Part shown: positions 50,222 to 63,210 of the stretch, one piece after another
Layout: every line of letters begins with the position of its first letter
Numbering within the stretch: position 1 is the stretch's first letter
Assembly: GCA_965645245.1 (NCBI GenBank)
Contig: OZ287069.1
Coordinates: forward strand, 2,356,001 to 2,420,000
DNA: 64,000 nt
Direction: 5' to 3'
From: Massalongia carnosa
Lineage: Eukaryota
Made by a program: the position numbers and the translations under genes
Notes under the pieces: generated by a model
Seen by the model: the letters and a program-made list of their open reading frames with translations, nothing else
The model's database searches: none
What the model was told of the DNA's origin: nothing

Positions 50222-50893
50222 ATGCTTTCCTTCTACACCAAGGCATCCATTCTCCTCCTTAATCTCTCCTCTCTCTCCCTCCTGGCAACTGCTCGCGGAG
50301 ATGCCCTCAACCGCACAATGTGCTACTGTGGTACAGATGGGCGTAAGATGCCCCATAACGACAGACGGGACATCAGCCCAGTCCCAGCGGGCGTCGAAGC
50401 TAATAGTGTAGAGCCGCACGTGGCCAGACGAGCCAACACCCTTCAGGCATTTTGGTACCGCTTCGACTACTACAATGCCCATCTCGACCGGGTCTTCACC
50501 CTGGACAAGACCTGCCGATCCAGCCTGCGCCGACGAGATGAAGACAAGGACGAGGAGGATTGCTTGGACTACGTCCATGCGAAGGACACATACTGCAAGC
50601 ATTTCGGGCTTTCTCCGGGGGAAGTTTCGGCCAGGCATGGACGCCCAAGGCATCACTTCTGCTACAAGTTCAGGGCTAGGCCAAAACCGGACCAGTATAC
50701 CTTCGACGGGCAGAAAAGGAAGATTCCTTCAACAGACGCTCTAATCGAAGAGCTGAGAGATGATATCCGGGCGGTGTGCGAGCCGATCTGCAAGAAGGAA
50801 TACGGCCTACCGATGATGAAGGGTCATTGGTATTGGCGCAGTCGAATCGACTACGTCATCGACCAGGCCGACATGTGTAGCGACTGTGCTTAG
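50222..50893 (+). CDS. secreted Cys-rich protein (effector-like, 223 aa)
   Basis: ATG 50222, signal peptide MLSFYTKASILLLNLSSLSLLATA, 10 Cys, single exon, GC-rich codon usage relative to the flanks. Confidence 0.8.
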   Translation: MLSFYTKASILLLNLSSLSLLATARGDALNRTMCYCGTDGRKMPHNDRRDISPVPAGVEANSVEPHVARRANTLQAFWYRFDYYNAHLDRVFTLDKTCRSSLRRRDEDKDEEDCLDYVHAKDTYCKHFGLSPGEVSARHGRPRHHFCYKFRARPKPDQYTFDGQKRKIPSTDALIEELRDDIRAVCEPICKKEYGLPMMKGHWYWRSRIDYVIDQADMCSDCA

Positions 50894-53669
50894 GGAGCCC
50901 TAGGGGTGGTCAATGTGGCCAGCTCACTTCTTTCCAGATGGACTATGTTCTGCTTCCCTTGACATATCTATCAGATACACATCGGCAAATACCTTGAAAC
51001 ATCGATTCATTCCTATCGCCACAACTCCCGCTGGGCAGTTAGCCTCATCTAGGATCTCCCGTCGTCACTCTTCTCTCGTTCGCAATTCCCTTAGCTCGCT
51101 GCTGCATACACCCACTCTCTATGAGCCAAACCGCATAATTCCTCTCCCAACAAAGCAGGAAATGCCCATAGTACTCGAAACGTACGCGGAGTAATATCTT
51201 TATTGAACGTGAGGCTTCCAGAAGTCTTGGGTCTAGGAAGCATTATGCTAATATTAGACATAGGTAGATGATTTCCTCGACATAATCTGATTTGCTTCTT
51301 CTACTCATCAAATCCTCAGATCAAGAGTTTTGAGCCCCACGAGCTACTCTCTTAGAAAGGTTTTTCTAGGCAATTCACTCAAACGAAAGTCTAGCCCTTG
51401 GCCTCGAATTGTCGCCATTCCCATGCCAGTTTTCTTTTCGTGAATATCTCCTGCTCGGGCCAGGAGGATTCTGGAAGAGCTGAAGTGCTGTGCTGGTGGC
51501 GGTTGGGAAGCTGGGGGGAATTTTTCTTTGGTGAAGGCTGTATGGTGGAGGGGTTTTTAAAAAGAGGTGTTTTGGAAGCTATTTATGAAATTTTTTCCTT
51601 TTTTGGTTTCGGGGGCGTTAAGAGGCGTTTTGAAATTGGCTTATTTTCTTCATTTGGTATACGGGCTTGGTGGGAAGTAGAACCGAGCCGAGTTAGTAGA
51701 GGGGCTTTTCCTTTTGGGAGGTTGGTACGTGGAAAGGAAAAGGTAGATATATATCTGGGTATTTTTTTAAAAGCTTTTTGAGTTTTTGGTTCCGCGGATA
51801 CATATTTGTCCCAGCTCTAGCCGGATTTGAAATGTTTGAGACTAGCTAGGATGTTTGAGTTTTTTTAAAATACAGTAATCTTGCTTCCATCTTCTTGATT
51901 ACTTACACTCATGTTACCCCACAAACTTTGTTTTATTTCCATTCTTAGGCTGAAAGGTATTATTTACCCCTTTTCTCTTCACGATCTTCTCACTCTTGCC
52001 TTGTTCGCTGTCTCTCTTCTATTTACCCCCTCTACTCGCATAGTTACCTCTTCTCCCCTCACTTCGCTTTTCTGTCTTTCGTCACATAAATCTCTTCGCG
52101 TTCACCTTGTCTTTCTATCTTTTAACTCGAGTTTGCGTAACTTCTTATGTTCGTTTATTTGTTTTCTTGTCACTCTCTCTTTCTCGCTTTGATGGATATC
52201 TGTATGTACAAGCCACTAAGGCGGATATCGAGATCGAGACTGAAACTTAAACAGAGGAAAGGCAATAGGACAAAATGAGAGGCTTAGATAACTAGAGAAA
52301 GCTACGCGATCGGAAGATGAAGATAGGAAGATTCTGCATTCTGTAGATATGTAGTTGTTTATATATAGATAGATGCCTTGTCTTGTATGCGGCCTGGCGT
52401 TTTTAGGAAGAGAAGGACTCCCTCTCGCAGTAAATATGCGGGAGAAGTATTGCAGAGTTTCTTTCTTGGAAATTTTGGTAGTGAGTTTGCTGTGGACGGT
52501 AATTAGAGTCAAACGAGTAAAGAGAATGCCATGTCATTTTGACTGTTGGAATAATCAAGCTTAGCCCTGCAGGCTGCCATGACTGCTATTGCAGTCACCT
52601 CTGTCGTAATTTCAACATTATGCCGTCAACTGTTCATGTAACTTTGACTAAGTTGTGTTTGGACGGTCTCGTTTTAGAATAGAAAAGTTCTGCAGTGGGC
52701 ACGTGACCATCAACTACTCTGTATTGAGTGCAAAGGGCTTATTTCCTTCATCGCTACATCCTATCTGAAAACTCGTAATACCGGAGAACACTATTAGTCC
52801 ACACATTCAGCTATCGTTGCGGCATCGTGTCTACTATTTCTATTCTGCTTTGATTCTAGGAAACTTGGCACTCGCTCACGCTTGATCGAGCGAAACTACC
52901 TCCATGATCAGATAGAGGAAGCTGGTACTTAAGTCGACTAGTTCCACCTTCTGCTCCCATGCCACTAAGCATCTAGCGAGCGAAGATATCTGTTCATGCA
53001 GTGGATTTCTAAGTTCTCAGCCGCTGATACCTCGGAAAATAATTTGTGGAACGGGATCTACAGCTTTCGAGATTTTCTTAGCTTCTTGGCAAGGTGCGGG
53101 CGTTGTTTCATCTTTGGTTTCTACGTCTCATTCTTGAGCGGAAAGCTCGGAGATGGAGAAGAAGTACTTCCTTCGTACAATCTGAAGTGGATCGCCGGAA
53201 ATGGGGGTTTCAAGCGACGCGAAAATTGATAAACGCATCTTAGACCTTTATACATATGTTTTCTGCGGCTAGTTCTTGTTTTTCGATCATGAATAGCTTG
53301 GCACAGAGTATATATATAGAAATTCGCTTTATTCGTCCGGACCTTACCCTGGATCTTAAGGGTGGCTGTTCGCCTCTCAAGGACAGCGAGCTCATCTGAA
53401 ACTTTGAGGTCCTTCATGGTTCGGAGACATCCCGTTTTGGCATTTCAAGCCCACCCACTTAGTGAAAAATCGCAATGTTTCCTGGTTCAGGGACAAACTA
53501 ACCATGTTCAAACCCATGTGGACCAACATCTGATCATGTATCCAGAGCGCCTTGTTTCACCAACTCGTCAGGGGAAAGAAGCATTCATACAAAGTTGGAG
53601 ATATAAGAACCTATTTCTTTCTCATTTCCTTCAGGACCTTCACTTTAGTGTCCACTCATCTTCGTCACA

Positions 53670-54563
53670 ATGCGCCGGCTTTTCCTGTGCCAGGCATTTG
53701 TTCTTGCCTATGGCGTGGTTTTTGGAATGCCCACGGCTCAAGTTCCCGCACTTCCAGATCCCATAGAAGGTGGAGAATGTGGAGTGTGGCCCTACACGAC
53801 GGAGACGCGCAAAGGAGTATGGGTCAAAGCCGATTCCACGGAGTGCGACGAATACTCCACTGTAGCCGAGTCATCTATTCCAGACTCCTGTACGAGATTC
53901 CATTCATGCATATCTTAGCAAATGGTGTTGGCAACCTTCGACTTTGTTTTTGCTTCTTATGAAGCTGCGTTTGCTGATAGATGCCCAATCGTAGGGTTTG
54001 GAATTTCTTTAGCGCCTAAAACCATCACCCTTGGTTGCTGCGTGGCAATCCCCTGCCGTCACTTTCCAAACAACTTTTGCAGAAACTTTTGGAAAGGCGC
54101 TATCGACGATGGAGGAATGTGGTTCGAGTAAGCACATCTTCATACTTTTGGGCTATTGTCGAGAAACCTCAGAATGTTGATGTTGATGATCAGAAACGAG
54201 CCCGAAAACAAATACTGTCCCGACCCTTCTGATTCCACCCTAGGCAACGAGTTGATCTGTTGGAGAAAGCCTGGCGATAATTACAAGCATGAAAATAGCA
54301 TGATCGATACATCCAGTGTGAAAACAGCATATAATGCTCTAGGAACTAACCTCAAGGGGAACACTGATTCCGAAGAGACTGCAGCGACGGACACTCAAAA
54401 GTCGAATACTGTAGATAACACTCCAGGCAATATCATTTCTCAAACGGCTCCCCTCGGTTTTCTCCCGGGAAATATAGGCTTTCCAAGTATCGGTGAAGCT
54501 TTCCTTGCCCCAGGGGATACCACTCCAAATTGGCCGATACTTATACGTCGACGTAACGGGTAG
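53670..54563 (+). CDS. secreted Cys-containing protein; 3 exons
   Basis: Signal MRRLFLCQAFVLAYGVVFG. Candidate introns at about 53890-53993 and about 54128-54193 join three ORFs with about 8 Cys. Confidence 0.7.
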
Positions 54564-55849
54564 GCGGAAATGGGTTTCGGCGACTTCTCAAACAAACTGG
54601 GGCATGAGCGGCGATTAAGATAGCATACCGTAGAAAAAGGTGGGAGTGTGAAATATGGTATCTGGTACTAGATCGGAACCGGCACATAAATTCTCAACAT
54701 TTGTAGATTAGATTCCTGACGGTGGGGTTCGAGTGAAAACTTCTATAGCTGCCCCTCTCTCTGATCGACTCAGAGCAACCCGGGACCGAGGGCAACGCAG
54801 ATATAATATTCATTGGCTGAACTTGTTTAGAGAAAATCTTTGGCAACAAACCATGCTGCAGAGCTCGCAAAGTCTCAACATCTCATTATAATTACTTATT
54901 TTTCAAGATTTCGTTCGATCTTAATGTTGAAAAATCCCGAACTTTCATCTTCTTCTTCTTGTTTCCTTTGATGCTGTAGTTTCGCGAAAAAGGCAAAGAA
55001 ATGAAGGCGGAGAGATAGGCATAAGGGGGAAGAAGAACGGGGCAGGCGCGCAGACAGGTATGTGGAAATTCAGGCTGTAGAACGGATGATAGTTGAGAGG
55101 GAAAGTGAAAAGAGTAATCTTCCAAAGCAGAGAATGGTAGCAGGCGGGCCGATAGATTAGATATGTAGATATGCAAGCAGGCATGCAGATGAAGCGGCGC
55201 CGGCTCGCTGGATATGTAAATGGGTTTGGGTAGTACTCGTATCGTCTAGAAATGCTCGGTTTTTTTTAAATAGGGGGGGAAAATCGAGCACTTCAGGTCG
55301 ACACGAGTAGCTCGCTTAGTAGGTATGTATGTAGATATATACTCTGTACATACACGTTAGGTATACATAGAGAGTGGGAAAATCTTCGTAGAGGGGACGT
55401 GCGGGTAGCTAAGATGGGAGGAAAGAAACTGGTGCAGGGGAGCCGGCGGGAGTTTGAGCTATCGATGGGTTTGATAGTTGCGTCGATTACTAGCATCTGA
55501 ATAAAGGGTGGATGTGTATTCAGGAATACAGGACTTGAAGCTCGACAGGTTCTCTAGTAGGACGCTTAGGCATTCGAATCTCGTCACGTCTATTCAGTCT
55601 ACTAGGCACGATGGTGATGGGAAAGAGAAGAGTGGCGGATGAAAGGGCGCACGCGCCTCTATCTATTGAATTCGAGATGGTGGCTATCTAAAGACCACAC
55701 GACCAAGCTGCTCCAGCGGGCCTTTACCGATTCTCTTCGAAATTAAATTACTGGCTGCACGGGCTAAGGAAGAGATAGGAAGCCAGCTGGACCGGTCGGT
55801 TGGCCGCTGCGAGATCGGGGGGTCGTCCATGCTGCGATAGAGCTGAGAA

Positions 55850-56337
55850 TATCAGGCATACTTGTCACCATCCCAGCATTATAATAACATCCAGTTATTA
55901 CCAATCCCGGATCAGTTGGGCCACATTCTCCAGAAAGTGAGCCAAATAGTAATCCAGCAACCCGTTTCTCTACATCGATGATCAGTGCTCCAGAGTCTTC
56001 TAATTGGCAGAAGTCTTTCTGCTCATCAGCGAAAGCAGACTTGCTGTTCAGAATTATATATTCTTCTGTAAAAATCCACTTCTTTCGCTTCCGCTGCTAT
56101 TCCGTTATCATCATACTGGGTACGATGGGAGACATCAGGCATCTTGACATATGCTTCTGTGCCATGACAGACGCCGGTTGTGATATCAGTCGTCCGACCT
56201 ACTTTGAAGTACCACTGTCCCTTCTCTATTTTACCGAAGCCTTCAATCGACGCGCATGATGAAAAAGTGCTATAGTTGGTGAGATGCGGGTTGTAAGTAT
56301 TGGCGTTGTTTAGATAGAGGCCGGCTGCCATTTCCAA
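55850..56337 (-). pseudogene. fragment of a fungal trypsin-like (PA clan) serine protease gene
   Basis: WYFKVGRTTDITTGVCHG, then after a frameshift near 56070 FTEEYIILN...DFCQLEDSGALIIDVEKRVAGLLFG (a GDSG-like motif altered to EDSG). The N-terminal part is missing. Confidence 0.6.
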
Positions 56338-56734
56338 GATAAAGATAAGAATAAGAATTAGAATTTGAGTAGAAGTAAAAAGAGTAGGAATAAAAAGAAT
56401 TTAGAAGAAAGAAGCCGTTGGATAAGAAAAATATAAAAATATAAGTGAGACGATTAAAATGATATAGGATTCACGTAAAGATAATGATTTAAAAGAGAAA
56501 GAGAAGTATTAATCGCAAAGCTGGGAGAAAGGATAGGATTCGAGTTAAGGTATAATAAATAAGGAGAAATATGAGTATAATTGAGGCAAAATAAAGAGAA
56601 GAGTAAGGATAAGAGATAGGACAAGAAGAAAAAAGAGGGTAAGAATAAGAATGCAGGAAGGATGACAAAAAAGATAAAGAAGAATATGAGGAAAAATATG
56701 CGGATAAGAGCTCGGTTTAGAATTAAAATGAATG

Positions 56735-57541
56735 ATGATGATGATGATGATGATGTATTCATACTCCGATATGACACCGGCCGTAGGCCGGCCCATGCGG
56801 GCAAAGCTATCTAAGTTATGTTACATGGAAAACCTTTCACAGGTGTAAAAACCATGTCCCTTGATACCCGTCCGATGTGACTACGTGTCGACGTCGGGCG
56901 GGAGACGCAGTGCAAAAGACGTGTGGGAACTGTAATGCCTTGTGAAAAGAGAAGAAAGAAAGAAAGGTTCAACTATTGTTGATTTTACAATAATGTTGAT
57001 GCTAGTGAGAATTGATTCAATAAGCCTGTTTTCATTAGCCAAGCAGTTAGTATCTTCAGAGTTTTTGATGATTTGGTCAGCTGCTGATAGTCGCTCGTGC
57101 CGGCGGCGCGAAACATCTGTTCTCTATTGTCAATAAGTCTGCAGAACATGATTACATGTTCTGGAGTTTGTCTGTGCCAGCCACATGAGCAGGCCGGTGA
57201 GGTGACGGAGGGCACCCGTCGCTTGTAGAGGAAGTCAGCTAACCCGATCTTGCCAGTGCGGATTTGAGTTGTTAGAGCGCTTTCTGCCTTTTTTAGCTGC
57301 GTGTGTATTTTCAGCCGTTTTTTGCTCAGTGGGACTGATTGTGCTATGGAGGGTTCGATGACGCGAATTTGATATGCGCACCACGAGTCGTTCCAGACCT
57401 TCATTTGTCGTGCTTTGATTGTTTGCATCTGCTTGTGTCGGGCCGTTGCCGCAACGGTAGCTTCGCGGTGCCACGCCGGGTAGACTTCGAACCATGGTGG
57501 GTGTGCCTTTGGTGGTTGAACTATTTTTGAGTCGATCAGTA
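56735..57541 (-). mobile_element. 5'-truncated Tad1-like LINE (ORF2 C-terminus, 3' UTR, (ATC)n tail)
   Basis: 14-bp TSD AATTAAAATGAATG at 56721-56734 and 57542-57555. It contains QIRTGKIGLADFL...CSCGWHRQTPEHVIMFC zinc knuckle and a (GAT)n tail on the plus strand. Confidence 0.92.
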
Positions 57542-57651
57542 AATTAAAATGAATGGAAGTGTAAGGATAAGTGTAAAGAAAAAGGGTAAAAATGAGCGGG
57601 AGAAAGATAATTAGGATAAGTTTGAGAATTAGGAAGAGGAAGAGAGAGATG

Positions 57652-57936
57652 TTAAGGCATTTGAATGATTCCTTCGGCCTTGAGCATGAGAAGGCTCTGC
57701 TTTTCAACGTCAGCTCCGACTTTGGTAAAGATTTGTTCATCCTTGAGATTCGCCTCGGTGAAGCCCATCTCCAAGTACTTGCGCTTGACTGTCTGATACG
57801 TGATAGCGGGAATGTTGTCTTGAATAGCAAAGATACAATTCTTTTGCTTCAGAATGCCCTCGGTGTGCACAACCCATTGTGGATAATCTTCCGCATTTTC
57901 TAACAACTGAATCATGTCTTGAGTAGAACTAGACAT
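57652..57936 (-). mobile_element. copia-like gag N-terminal fragment
   Basis: MSSSTQDMIQLLENAEDYPQWVVHTEGILKQKNCIFAI fits the L.G.ENY..W......L pattern at the start of copia Gag. It is truncated, with no LTR recognised. Confidence 0.45.
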
Positions 57937-58199
57937 CTTATGAATTATTATTATTAAATTCATACTCGTTGTGACATCAGCTACAGCCGACCCATGCGAG
58001 AAAAGCTATCAAAGTTTCAAAGAAGGAAAACCCTCATCGAGGGGAAAAAACCTTCATCTGTATACCTACATGTGATCGCTCGACCTCACTTCGCGAATGC
58101 TACGTTTCGCCAGCGCCACGTCTACGACACACATGCGTATCAAGAGACTACCTTCTGCCTCTGTTATAACTAGAGTTTGTGACTATCACTACGCGACAG

Positions 58200-61100
58200 T
58201 CAGGGGGAGGAAGAAAGACACTCTACAGCTAGCGAAAACTGTGTCAGTAGATTAGTCCGCATAAGCCAGCGAGCGGAGGCTCGTAAGCCCTTTTCGGTGG
58301 TCAGAAGGCGGCGATAATCCGTCGTTCCGGCGTCTCTGCACATGTTGTCTTCGGCCGTTAACAAACCTGGGGCAGCTGAGTAGCACATGCTTGAGCGTCT
58401 GGCGTGCCCATCCACAGCTACACGCCGGCGAAGCGAACGTGGGAACTCGACGAGAGAAGAGATAATCCGCCAAGCCAATACGCTCAGTACGCATTTGAAT
58501 GATGAGGCTGCTTTCGGATTTGCTGAAGTTCTTATGTAATCCCAGTCTCTTTATCGAAAGACCCTCAGTAAGCGCAGCGCAGGGATGACGCTGATGAGCT
58601 GCCTGATACGCGCTCCAGGTCTGTTTCCACTGATTGTTGAAGATCTTGGCTAGCCCTCTGTCCGTCGGAGTGTCCTCTATCATGTCAGCAGGCCGGACTC
58701 GAGCAATCTGCCTCGTATACCAGTCACGCTTACGCTGAGCCGGCGTAGTGTTGAGGGCGCGCCGTCGTCTACCGCGCGAGGCAGTCAGCTTGCGCTTGAT
58801 CTTCTCACAGAAAGCGGAGATGCGTTGATCGTGTTCATATTCTTTAAGACGTCGTCGTGCCTTCGCCTGCAAGTGAGCTAGATGCAGCTGAATTGGAGAA
58901 ACGTGAGTTTCGGCTTCGATGATGATTTGCGGAGTAGCGCGAAATCCTCCGCTTATCACTCGCAGACACTCTCGCTGTATGTCACCGAGCTGTTTGTCGA
59001 TCCTCTGCGTGCCGTCGGGACGGCCATATGGCGAATGCCAGACGGTAGAGCCGAAGGTAATCGCCGATCGCACGACGGCGCTATAAACGTGTCTCGCCTT
59101 CGAAAAGCACGCTCCCCACGTAGAAGCCGTAAGCCTGGATAATGCCAAGGTCTGTGTAGCCATTTTGCCCTGTATGAACTTTAGATGAGGGCCCCATTTA
59201 AGCTTGGAGTCGATCTGAATTCCAAGCACTCGCACCGACGGCGAAGGCGTCTTGTCCACGCCTCCTATGCACACGGCAGCCGTCATGTCGAAGCGACGAT
59301 CATTTCTGGCGAAATGTAGGAGCTCGTATTTAGCAGGCGCGAAGTGCGCTCCATGACGTCTAGCCCACAGCTCGCACATCTCGTGAGCACGTTCTAAAGC
59401 TCGACAGTTACTCGCAGTCGAGGTGCCGTATGCCAGTATATTGATGTCGTCAATAAACCCCAACGCGGTGACTTTGAGTCGAGATCGCTCTAGCTCCTCC
59501 AAAATATCTGCGTTGTAAAAAATGTAGAGAATGGGCGACACTGGCGACCCCTGCGGTATACCGGCATGAACAAGGCGCATCGAAGACGTCTGACCGCCGA
59601 TTGTCAGTGTGGACCTTCTTTGCTGTAAAAAGCTGCCGACCCATGCTACGATCCATTCAGGAATTTTTCTCTTGCGCAGATTGTGCAGCATTCTCTCCGC
59701 CGAGACGTGATCAAAGGCACCGGCCAAATCAATGCTCAAAAGTGTGGCCACTTTGTCTGACCCCATGTTCCACACCGTGTGTATCTGTTCGGTGAGGAGT
59801 TCAAGCGCCGTTTCACAGGATCTTTGTCGTCGTCCTCCCATCTGAGACTCAGGAAGCAGATTGTGGGTCTCCGCAATAGCGGCGATGCGTTTAGCTATGA
59901 TCGATTCCAAGACCTTCCCAAGCGTATTCAGAAGCGCGATAGGTCTATAGGCCTTAGCGAGAGTGTAGTTCGGCTTGTTCGGCTTCTTGATTGCAATAGT
60001 GTGAGCCTCGCGAAAGCAGAGTGGGTGATACCCCTGCTCTGCGCAGGCGCGAAACAGAAGGACCAACGTGGGCAGTATCGACTTGATCAGAAGCTTGAGT
60101 ATTCTATTCGGTATTCCGTCGGGGCCCGGAGCAGAGTCCGGCTTACAACGCTTGATTGCTGCCTCTATCTCCTCGCCTGTGATAAGAGACTCCGTTTCTG
60201 CGACAGCGGGAGGGTAGCGATACGTCGTCGTGTCGCTGAGGTCTGCCGCGGTTGCATTGGGGAAGAACATATCAGAGAGAAGAGACGTCTTTTCGTCGAA
60301 TGTGGACGCAGTGACTGCTGTGCCGTCCGCAAGCGTGTGCGTCAGATCGGGCACCTTGGGAATGTCTCGCGGTAAGTGACTGCGCGTACGAGCCCATCAA
60401 GCAAGACGCCATATGCCTTCGGACGCAGACGTCATCTCTACTAAGGTTCTTCTGAAGTCGAGCTTCTTCTCCTTGGTGATGATCTTCTCCTTTTCATCCG
60501 CCGATTTGAGATACCTGCGCCACGTTGCCTCTGTCTTCCACCTCGTCCACTCGCGTCTTCGACGTCGAGTCTCCGTCACAGCGACAGCGCAACGCTCGTT
60601 CCAGAAGGGTTTGGAGACGGGGCAGGGAGCCGTCCAGGGAATGGTCTCATTTATCGCGTCAATAATGGCGGACTGTAGTCGATTCGCTAAGTCGTCTATG
60701 GCTTGCGGGGTACGCGGCCACTCCGTGACTACAGGTAGACGAAGACTTTTCGCCAGATTTTCTTCGTCGGCTCGCTTCCATGCTCTCTTGCGACGTTCCA
60801 CGCTCAGCTCCACCTCTAGCGTCAGCTTGGTAGAGACGGGTATGTGATCGGACGATTGGTTCATCTCCGGACGGGTGTGACAGTGCAGCAGACTGTGTCT
60901 CAGGGAGTCGGTCATGAACACTAGGTCTATCGTGCTCGTGGATCTGCGTGCCTCCCAAGTGACAGAGCCACTAGGTAGAGTGAGCTGCATAGACGCCGCA
61001 CGAACGACGTCGAGAAGCTGGTCGGCCGCTTGATGTTGTGTAGGCCTGGAGGGGCCACTCCACAGAGGGTGATGCAGATTAAAGTCTCCCAGCAAGATGT

Positions 61101-61536
61101 GTTCCTCTTCATCCCGCTCATGAATCTTTCGTCTCACCGCCTCCACGCTTTCGAGTAGCTGGCGAGAAGAATGCGAGTCGGGTGATTGACTGTAGACGTT
61201 ATGTATATTGATGTATCGTGGCTCATTACTCGCAGATATTCTTAGTCTCATTGTACACACGTCCGGCGTGAGGAAGTCCACAGCCCAAGAATTGACATCC
61301 AATCTTTTATTAATATAGAAACACGCACGTACATTCTCATTCGACATAAACGCAAGATGAAAGCCGGAATTGAATGGATTGTGCGACGTGCAAATGCTGG
61401 GGTTGCGCCATGGTTCCTGAATGGCTAAGACGTCATACTCCTCTATTCTCTTGTCCGCCAGTAGAGGGGTCATGACCCCGTTCTTGCTCTTTCTGATGTT
61501 ATACTGTAATATTGAAAGAGATGTTTGTCCCGCCAT
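58200..61536 (-). pseudogene. LINE ORF2: APE endonuclease, reverse transcriptase and C-terminal CCHC; one nonsense and one frameshift
   Basis: LQYNI, AIQEPW, LLGDFNLHHPLW, TIDL and SDH (APE). YRPIALLNTLGK, GIPQGSPVSP and FIDD (RT). An in-frame TGA at 60397-60399 is followed by WAR, and there is a frameshift near 58350. Confidence 0.93.
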
Positions 61537-63210
61537 TACTGGGTATTTCGGGAGACTTTGCCGCTGATTCTGTGAAGCGGCGGGCGGCCGCGCTTCGGCT
61601 TCGGCTGTGGCTGCGTCTGCGAATGCGCCTTCGGCGCCGGAGGAGGCATGGGGTAACGAAGGAGTGCAAGGGCGCTGTCAGACCTATGAGAAGACGAGGC
61701 CGGCTGTGAGTCAGGTACAACCGACATGCTGGCTCTGCGCCTAGTAGGAGATGGCGAGGAGCTTTCTCCAGGTCCCTGCGAGTGTGCCCTCTTGCCGTGT
61801 GTAGAGGGGAGAGCCGGAAAGCTGTTGGTGACTGTATTAATGTCGATGCTCATAATCGTGGAGCCGTCCTGAGTGAACTCGTTCGGCTCCTCGGCCTCGG
61901 GGGTTGGCGAGCGGCTTCGCTCACGCACTGCCTGATGACGTGTTGGCGCAGGTGTATGAGACGTCGTGTCGCCGGCGTTATTGCGTCGTTCTACTGTCTG
62001 ACTTTGTCGAGGAAGGACAACCGGCTCCGTCTCGACATGCCACGTTGGTCGGTTCTTCCAGATGCCATTCAGACGCTCCTTCTCCTCTTTTCGGACGGGG
62101 CAGAGGTGAGACCACGCCGGATGATTCCCGCCGCACACGGCGCACTTGCGTCGATCCGCAGGCGCTTTGCATGCTTGCGAGCGATGTCCTTGAGCGCAGC
62201 CTGCGCATCGAAGGGCGTTCTTGCATGCGGTGCCCGTATGTCCGTACTTCTGGCAGTGAAAGCACTGTTTTAGACGACAGTTCTTATCGAAGTACTCACA
62301 TATTCTATGCGAGTAATCCTGCAGAAGACCCTCTTTAATCAGTCTGTTTGCCGTCTCTGCGGTGGCTACTTCAACTATTAGCGAGGAGTGAATCTTGGCT
62401 TCTGAAACTGCCCTTTTGGTCCATGCAATGCGGCAGATCTGCAGTCCCGGATGAAGCTGCTCATTCTGTTTCTCTAGACTCTTGATGGTAGCTTGTGCGT
62501 TAACTGTGTCGACGCTGTCTACGCGCACCCCATGCGCTAACACAGCGAATGTGCGTCGCACTACATACGCTGAGTCCGCAAGCCCTTTATGTAGCTGTTG
62601 ATCCATCTCCATTCTAGCCTTAGCTTCCATCTTGCACGCCAGCAGCTCCAAGTCGCCGCTTGGGAGACGTCGCACCGCCAGTACATCGCCGGTCTTCTCC
62701 TCGATAGTCTTGATTCTGTCCATAAGTGCCTTGTTCGACAAGGCTTTGATTCCGACTTTCTCTGCGTCGTTCCTGAACTTGATCAGAACGGACTTTCTTC
62801 TCTTTATCTCCTCCAGCTGTCGTTGCTGCTCCATTACGGAGTTGCGCGTCGCCGTCGTGTTGCTGTCGTTTCTGCTACTTCCCGCGGACGCTACCGCGGC
62901 GTAGCTCTTGACTGCTGCCGTCGTCTTGGTCGTGTTCGCTTCTATGCGCGTTAATTGCTGTTGAATCAGCTGCATATCATTGCGTAGCTCGCTCTCCGGA
63001 AGCGCGAGAAAGTGAATCAACTCCTTTGCTTCTTGTAGCAGTGTCAAGATCTCTGATCCCTTAATTATCTCTCTGGATTTGTCGCGTAGCTGTTTTTCAA
63101 TGTCAGCTACATATTGCGCGTACTGCTCGGCTCGTAAGGTTTGCGCTGCTTTTCTTCTCTTGTAGCGCCCGCGCAGCGATGTCGCCACGCCGCCTACTCG
63201 GCGTCGACAT
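61536..63210 (-). CDS. LINE ORF1 (gag-like, three zinc knuckles); likely ATG 63210 with a 1-nt frameshift near 63150
   Basis: CFHCQKYGH..C, CAGCAQGH..C and CAVCGGNH..C, plus HGV and SSLIVE motifs. Its stop overlaps the ORF2 start (TAATG). Confidence 0.88.

Noticed and set aside
51398..52564. Short ORFs in T/G- and CT-rich low-complexity sequence, and the many antisense ORFs over real genes
   Set aside because: Compositional or shadow ORFs with no protein-like motifs.
56060..56085. Second GGATTTT at the frame break in the protease fragment
   Set aside because: The downstream coding frame is +1, not -1. An extra T in a homopolymer of a pseudogene explains it.
56985..57830. 281-aa ORF as a real gene
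   Set aside because: It is a chance fusion of an off-frame gag fragment, a low-complexity tract and the truncated LINE ORF2 across a TSD junction.
60397..60399. Programmed readthrough between LINE endonuclease and RT
   Set aside because: Tad1-type ORF2 is normally continuous, and a single CGA>TGA type mutation explains the stop.
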